Positions 59,748-64,000 of a DNA stretch of 64,000 nucleotides are shown here, piece by piece (position 1 is the stretch's first letter; every line of letters starts with the position of its first letter). A program made the translations under genes and the position numbers. The notes beneath the pieces were generated by a model, which had not been told where the DNA came from, did no database searches, and saw nothing but the letters and a program-made list of their open reading frames with translations. Source of the DNA: Candidatus Magasanikbacteria bacterium CG1_02_41_34 (lineage in GTDB: Bacteria > Patescibacteriota > Patescibacteriia > Magasanikbacterales > UBA922); contig MNVD01000014.1 of NCBI GenBank assembly GCA_001871445.1, forward strand, positions 28,776-92,775, read 5' to 3'.

Positions 59748-59858
59748 TGTTTGTTAGAGATATGGAGTTGTCCCCATCTGTTTTTACAACTACTGCATAC
59801 ATGTAAAGTATGGTATACTTTTAGTACTATTCTTTTATTTATTTTTTACCATTCTTTT

Positions 59859-60140
59859 ATGATGGCAAAATCATGTGGATGCACAGCATCCAAAGTACTC
59901 GGAGCGCTCGTTGTTATCGGCGCACTCAACTGGGGTTTGATTGGCCTCGGTGGATTTTTTGGTGGCAATTGGAACGTGGTCAATTTATTGCTCGGTAGTT
60001 GGGCATGGCTTGAATGGTTTGTATATCTCCTCGTCGGTGTAGCCGGTGTGATGATGTTGCTTGGTGGATGCAAGTGTCGCAAATGCAAGGCTTGCAATGG
60101 TGGTGACATGATGAAAAAAGATGCCAACATGTCTGCGTAA
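59859..60140 (+). CDS. DUF378 family membrane protein
   Basis: LVVIGALNWGLIG...N.V..L.G.....VY.LVG.AG. Confidence 0.9.
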   Translation: MMAKSCGCTASKVLGALVVIGALNWGLIGLGGFFGGNWNVVNLLLGSWAWLEWFVYLLVGVAGVMMLLGGCKCRKCKACNGGDMMKKDANMSA

Positions 60141-60156
60141 GTGTTTTGACTCGAAT

Positions 60157-60193
60157 AAAAAAAACGTCTACCAATATTGGTAGACGTTTTTTT
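60157..60193. terminator. Bidirectional terminator
   Basis: AAAAAAACGTCTACCAAT/ATTGGTAGACGTTTTTTT perfect palindrome. Confidence 0.8.
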
Positions 60194-60206
60194 ATATGTA
60201 CAAGAT

Positions 60207-61040
60207 TTATGAGTTTTGTTGATTTGTGAATACCCCATGTATACCTCGACGTCCTTTCATCATTCCCATACCTCCACTTTCACCATGTTGTTGGTCTGCT
60301 GGAATACCCAGTTCGTCTGCAATCGTTTTTGCCCCTTCCCAGTCACCAGCTTGCATGAGGTCATGCATCTCGGCAAACTGTGCGAAGTTTGTTTCGTTGA
60401 TATGATCAAGAAAAGGTGTCCGTGTTCCCGCAGCTTTTACAAATGCAGAGTAATCTCTCGCGTCTATTGCAGCATCCACTGCTGCACGGTTTGTTTCTTT
60501 TTCTTGATGTTGCAATGACATTCTATTAAATTGTGTTTCAGTAATGCGTGTAGCATTGTCGCCATGAGCTTTTACAAATGCAGAGTAATCTCCAGTTTCG
60601 AGTGCTGCGTTTACGGCAGTTCTTTGTTCTTTAGTAAGCTGTAGTCCTCCTCGATCCCCACGTGGTTTCATTCTTTCATTACCACCACCACGATGTATGT
60701 TGCCCATTGCTGGGATGCCTAGCTCGTTTGCAATAGCTTTTGCTCCTTCTATATCATCTGATTGCATCAGTTCGTGCATCTTAAAAAATTGATCAAAATT
60801 TTCTGCAGTAATAACATCAAGAATCTTTGCATCAGTTCCTACGGCATCTACAAATGATACATAGTCTTTTGCTTCAAGTGCGTGTGCCATAGCGTTGTTA
60901 TGTTCTTGTACAAAAGAACGATTTTGTTGGGCATTCCCACCTTGTGAAGAGGTGTTGCCCTGTGCATTTGCGATACCTATTCCTATTGTTGCGACAGCAA
61001 AGAGAATAGCTGCCGTTGTTGTTATTTGGGGTTTGTTCAT
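60207..61040 (-). CDS. Secreted helical protein with three internal repeats
   Basis: Signal peptide (ANA-Q); A[LI][ED]xxDYxxFVxA three times; H/M/G-rich linkers. Confidence 0.8.
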   Translation of the reverse strand: MNKPQITTTAAILFAVATIGIGIANAQGNTSSQGGNAQQNRSFVQEHNNAMAHALEAKDYVSFVDAVGTDAKILDVITAENFDQFFKMHELMQSDDIEGAKAIANELGIPAMGNIHRGGGNERMKPRGDRGGLQLTKEQRTAVNAALETGDYSAFVKAHGDNATRITETQFNRMSLQHQEKETNRAAVDAAIDARDYSAFVKAAGTRTPFLDHINETNFAQFAEMHDLMQAGDWEGAKTIADELGIPADQQHGESGGMGMMKGRRGIHGVFTNQQNS

Positions 61041-61099
61041 ATGAAATATGAATGAGTGAATATAGATTGTGTCTGTTTTTGTGCCCTTCTGTTATCTAT

Positions 61100-61126
61100 T
61101 ACGCATCCCTCGTACATTTTCTTTCA
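61100..61126 (-). promoter_or_regulatory. Putative ECF promoter TGAAAG-N17-CGTA
   Basis: Same boxes and spacing as 62580-62606. Confidence 0.7.
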
Positions 61127-61163
61127 TATGAAAAAAGAGGCATGGTTTGCCTCTTTTTCTTGG

Positions 61164-61958
61164 TTAATCTTCATACATTTGGATAAGTGGTGGTATGGAA
61201 GATTGTTTATTATGTTTTTTCCATCTTGGATCAATGCTCAGGGTATTGAAGGGCAGAATAACTTGAGCGAAAAATTGGTGTTCCTCAATTTCATTATCTT
61301 CCATTTCTTCTCCTAAGGCTCGAATACGGTCCTGGAGATGTATTCCTGTTGGTGGAAGGATTGTTGTTGGTTTTACAATCACAATCCATGTACCTTCTAA
61401 AAGTGGATTTTCGATATACACTCTGGTCGTTGTAGAGGACATTGATTCTATAATAGCAACACGACCTGTTAAGATACCTTTTTCAGGATGACTGAGTCCT
61501 TTGAGTCGTGGATTGAATATGTGTGCTTGTCCTGGGACACCCTGTGTGATAAGCGTGTCAATTTTTTGACCAACACCAATCACGTGAAGACAAAATCCAA
61601 GCAATATGCTTGTACCTAAAGCGGCAAAGAAAAGAGGAAGTGAGGTATATTTGTATCCTCGCTTTGTGTGGCGAATATCAATATAGAGTAATACCAACAT
61701 GAGCAAAAAAATTGCAAGCCACAAATAGGGAAGTGTTGATACAATATGTATCATTTTCGATTCGTGCAACTCATTGTAGATATCCCAATCATTTTTTGTA
61801 AAAATGAATACCATTGTTGCGACACCAACAGACCCTAGTATTAGAAGCAAACTAGAAAGCACCCATAATCCATACGTACGTGTCAAAAATTTCCATGCAG
61901 GAATTGGCGTGAGCTGTTTTTCTTTTATTGTATCTAGAATTTTTTGTTTGATGTTCAT
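61164..61958 (-). CDS. Membrane protein, putative anti-sigma/partner
   Basis: Three TM helices plus extracellular domain; 4 nt downstream of the ECF sigma gene. Confidence 0.65.
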   Translation of the reverse strand: MNIKQKILDTIKEKQLTPIPAWKFLTRTYGLWVLSSLLLILGSVGVATMVFIFTKNDWDIYNELHESKMIHIVSTLPYLWLAIFLLMLVLLYIDIRHTKRGYKYTSLPLFFAALGTSILLGFCLHVIGVGQKIDTLITQGVPGQAHIFNPRLKGLSHPEKGILTGRVAIIESMSSTTTRVYIENPLLEGTWIVIVKPTTILPPTGIHLQDRIRALGEEMEDNEIEEHQFFAQVILPFNTLSIDPRWKKHNKQSSIPPLIQMYED

Positions 61959-61962
61959 ATGG

Positions 61963-62544
61963 TTATGATCTGATATTCATGTCGTGTCCTGCGATGATGT
62001 GCCGAAGTTGTTTTTTTGCTCTATTTATTCTTGTTCCTACTGTTTTTACTGGAATTTTGAGGATATCTGATATTTCTTGGTAGCTTTTTTCTTCGAGATA
62101 TCTAAGAATTAATACATCTTTATATTTCGGACCAAGACTATCTAATACGTCCTGAATTTGACGTTGAAGTGTTTCACGATCTATGTCTGCAGTAATATCT
62201 AGATCGGCGGCAACATTCTGAAGGTACGTATTGCCATCTTCTTCCCGAATAATTTTTGGTCTGACTGACCGTTTGCGGAAGTGACTAATGGTTTCATTGT
62301 GAGCAATGCGGTACATCCATGAAGAAAAAGAGAGAGATGGATCAAAATTGTGCAAATAGCGATAGGATTTCAAAAACGTTTCTTGCAAAATATCTTCACA
62401 TTCTTCATGGTTCACATCTGTGATACGACGAACATAGCGATAGAGTTTTTGCTCATATCGCCCAACAAGTGCTCCAAATGCGTCATGATCGGTCGCAGAG
62501 AGAAGAGCAAGAGATTCATCTGTTTGGTCAGAATAATCAGTCAT
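61963..62544 (-). CDS. ECF RNA polymerase sigma factor
   Basis: EDILQETFLK, FSSWMYRIAHN, LRYLEEKSYQEISDIL, TVGTRINRAK. Confidence 0.94.
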   Translation of the reverse strand: MTDYSDQTDESLALLSATDHDAFGALVGRYEQKLYRYVRRITDVNHEECEDILQETFLKSYRYLHNFDPSLSFSSWMYRIAHNETISHFRKRSVRPKIIREEDGNTYLQNVAADLDITADIDRETLQRQIQDVLDSLGPKYKDVLILRYLEEKSYQEISDILKIPVKTVGTRINRAKKQLRHIIAGHDMNIRS

Positions 62545-62579
62545 GAAGAGAGTATACACACTTTTTCTGTATCTTGTAA

Positions 62580-62606
62580 TACGTATAAATGCTGTACATT
62601 CTTTCA
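62580..62606 (-). promoter_or_regulatory. Putative autoregulatory ECF promoter TGAAAG-N17-CGTA
   Basis: Upstream of sigma start; resembles SigW-type TGAAAC...CGTA. Confidence 0.7.
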
Positions 62607-62663
62607 TTTCAATAGAGACAAAAAACGCCTTGTAAAGCGTTTTTTTATTATATGTGTTTGTTG

Positions 62664-64000
62664 TTATGCCTTTCTTCCTGAACGCTTGCGGTCGTTTTCT
62701 GTAAGGAATTGTTTTCTGATACGAATATTTTTTGGTGTAATTTCGAGATATTCATCTTCGCTCATAATTTCGAGTCCTCGTTCGAGAGTGACATCCATAT
62801 GGGGGGTGAGATTCAAAGCGTCATCCGTTCCACTTGCACGCATGTTGGTAAGTTGTTTTCCTTTGATTGGGTTCACAGCCATATCTTCTCCTTTTGCTGT
62901 ATTCCCAATGACCATACCTTCGTATACTTCTACGGTAGGTCCGATATAGAGTGTTCCTCGATCTTGGAGATTGGCGAGTGAGTACCCAAGAGCTTTTCCG
63001 GCAACCATAGAAATCATAGATCCGACATTTCGTTTTTCTATTTCACCTACATATGGTTTGAATCCCGCTCCTTGACTTGCCATGAGACCTTCACCCTTTG
63101 TGTCCATGATAAATGGTCCTCGATATCCGAGAAGTCCTCGTGATGGTATGTCAAAAGTAATGCGTGCATGGCCATTTTTTGAAACCATGTTTGTCATGAC
63201 TCCTTTTCTTTTACTCAATTTTTCGATGACCGTTCCTGTAAATTGTTCTGGGACATCGATAGTTACTTCTTCAAATGGTTCACTTTTCTTCCCCTCAATT
63301 TCTTTGATAATAACTTTTGGTTGACTAACCTGAATTTCAAATCCTTCGCGACGCATTTGTTCAAGTAAAATGGCAATATGAAGTTCTCCACGTCCATATA
63401 CTTTAAATTTGTCTGAGTCAGAAAAATCAATTTTTAGACCCACGTTAATTTCCAATTCTTTTTGCAGTCGTTCTTTAATTTGTCTTGTTGTGACAAATTT
63501 TCCTTCTTTGCCGGCAAACGGTGAGTTGTTTACCAAAAAATCGACACCAATCGTTGGTTCATCAACTTGAATTGCAGGCAGTGGTTCTTGATCAGCACTA
63601 TGACAAATGGTTTCTCCAATATCGATATCTGGAATACCTGATATCATAACAATGTCTCCGGCAAATGCTTCCGTCGTTTCGATACGATCAAACCCTTTAA
63701 ATTGTTGCAATTTTGTAATTGTACCACTGCGTGTTTCGCCAGATGATTTTTTGATAATGACTTTGTCACTCACATGAAGTTTTCCTTCATAAATGCGTCC
63801 AATGGCAAGTCGTCCAACAAAATCATCATAAGCAAGATTGAATGGCTGCATTCGAAATGGTGCAGATGTATCGTGCGGTGCTGGTGATACATGCTCGAGT
63901 ATGAGATCCAGGAGTGGTGTCATGTCTGTCGACGTATCATCCAATGTTTTTTTTGCAATGCCCTGTTTGCCGATTGCGTAGCAATAAGGGAAATTCATTT
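62664..64000 (-). CDS. typA: Translational GTPase TypA/BipA, 5' truncated by window edge
   Basis: NNSPFAGKEGK, GRGELHI..L.E.MRREG, KQLTNMRASG, YLEITPK.IRIRK. Confidence 0.96.
   Translation of the reverse strand, partial: MNFPYCYAIGKQGIAKKTLDDTSTDMTPLLDLILEHVSPAPHDTSAPFRMQPFNLAYDDFVGRLAIGRIYEGKLHVSDKVIIKKSSGETRSGTITKLQQFKGFDRIETTEAFAGDIVMISGIPDIDIGETICHSADQEPLPAIQVDEPTIGVDFLVNNSPFAGKEGKFVTTRQIKERLQKELEINVGLKIDFSDSDKFKVYGRGELHIAILLEQMRREGFEIQVSQPKVIIKEIEGKKSEPFEEVTIDVPEQFTGTVIEKLSKRKGVMTNMVSKNGHARITFDIPSRGLLGYRGPFIMDTKGEGLMASQGAGFKPYVGEIEKRNVGSMISMVAGKALGYSLANLQDRGTLYIGPTVEVYEGMVIGNTAKGEDMAVNPIKGKQLTNMRASGTDDALNLTPHMDVTLERGLEIMSEDEYLEITPKNIRIRKQFLTENDRKRSGRKA

Noticed and set aside
59673-59858. 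Long N-terminal extension of the DUF378 ORF
   Set aside because: TTG start lies inside the ncRNA candidate and crosses a terminator; the true start is at 59859/59862.

Overview
AT-rich chromosomal window from a reduced-genome bacterium, most consistent with Patescibacteria/CPR (probably the ABY1 / Magasanikbacteria-like group; inferred from gene content and protein style, not from a marker search). Standard genetic code (RF2 present, TGA used as stop). The left half is mostly housekeeping: rnc-nusB-rpmF, cell-wall genes, queA/tgt, uvrD, ndk, trhO, rpmB, rpsL-rpsG-fusA, prfB, tsaC, three tRNAs and a probable 6S RNA, interspersed with short GC-rich orphan genes. The right half carries a Patescibacteria-type T4SS-like locus (giant ~3000 aa Cys-rich surface protein, extended VirB6-like protein, PrgI, split VirB4, VirB8-like, then comF), three tRNA-Ser genes, hsp20, vanW, an ECF sigma module and partial typA. 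Most notable unexplained signals: (1) four dispersed 130-180 bp elements in the T4SS locus, with inverted heptamer-array arms, covarying closing stems and a conserved central TATGCAATG/CATTGCATA hairpin; (2) an intact tRNA-Ser with the atypical anticodon ACU beside a normal Ser(GCU); (3) a ~350 nt promoter-to-terminator, highly structured non-coding transcript at 59400-59750; (4) a leader-peptide attenuator with no recognisable target; (5) a shared TGAAAG-N17-CGTA promoter defining a mini ECF regulon. No CRISPR array, integrase, transposase, reverse transcriptase or rRNA was seen. All family assignments are by-eye motif recognition, not database results.
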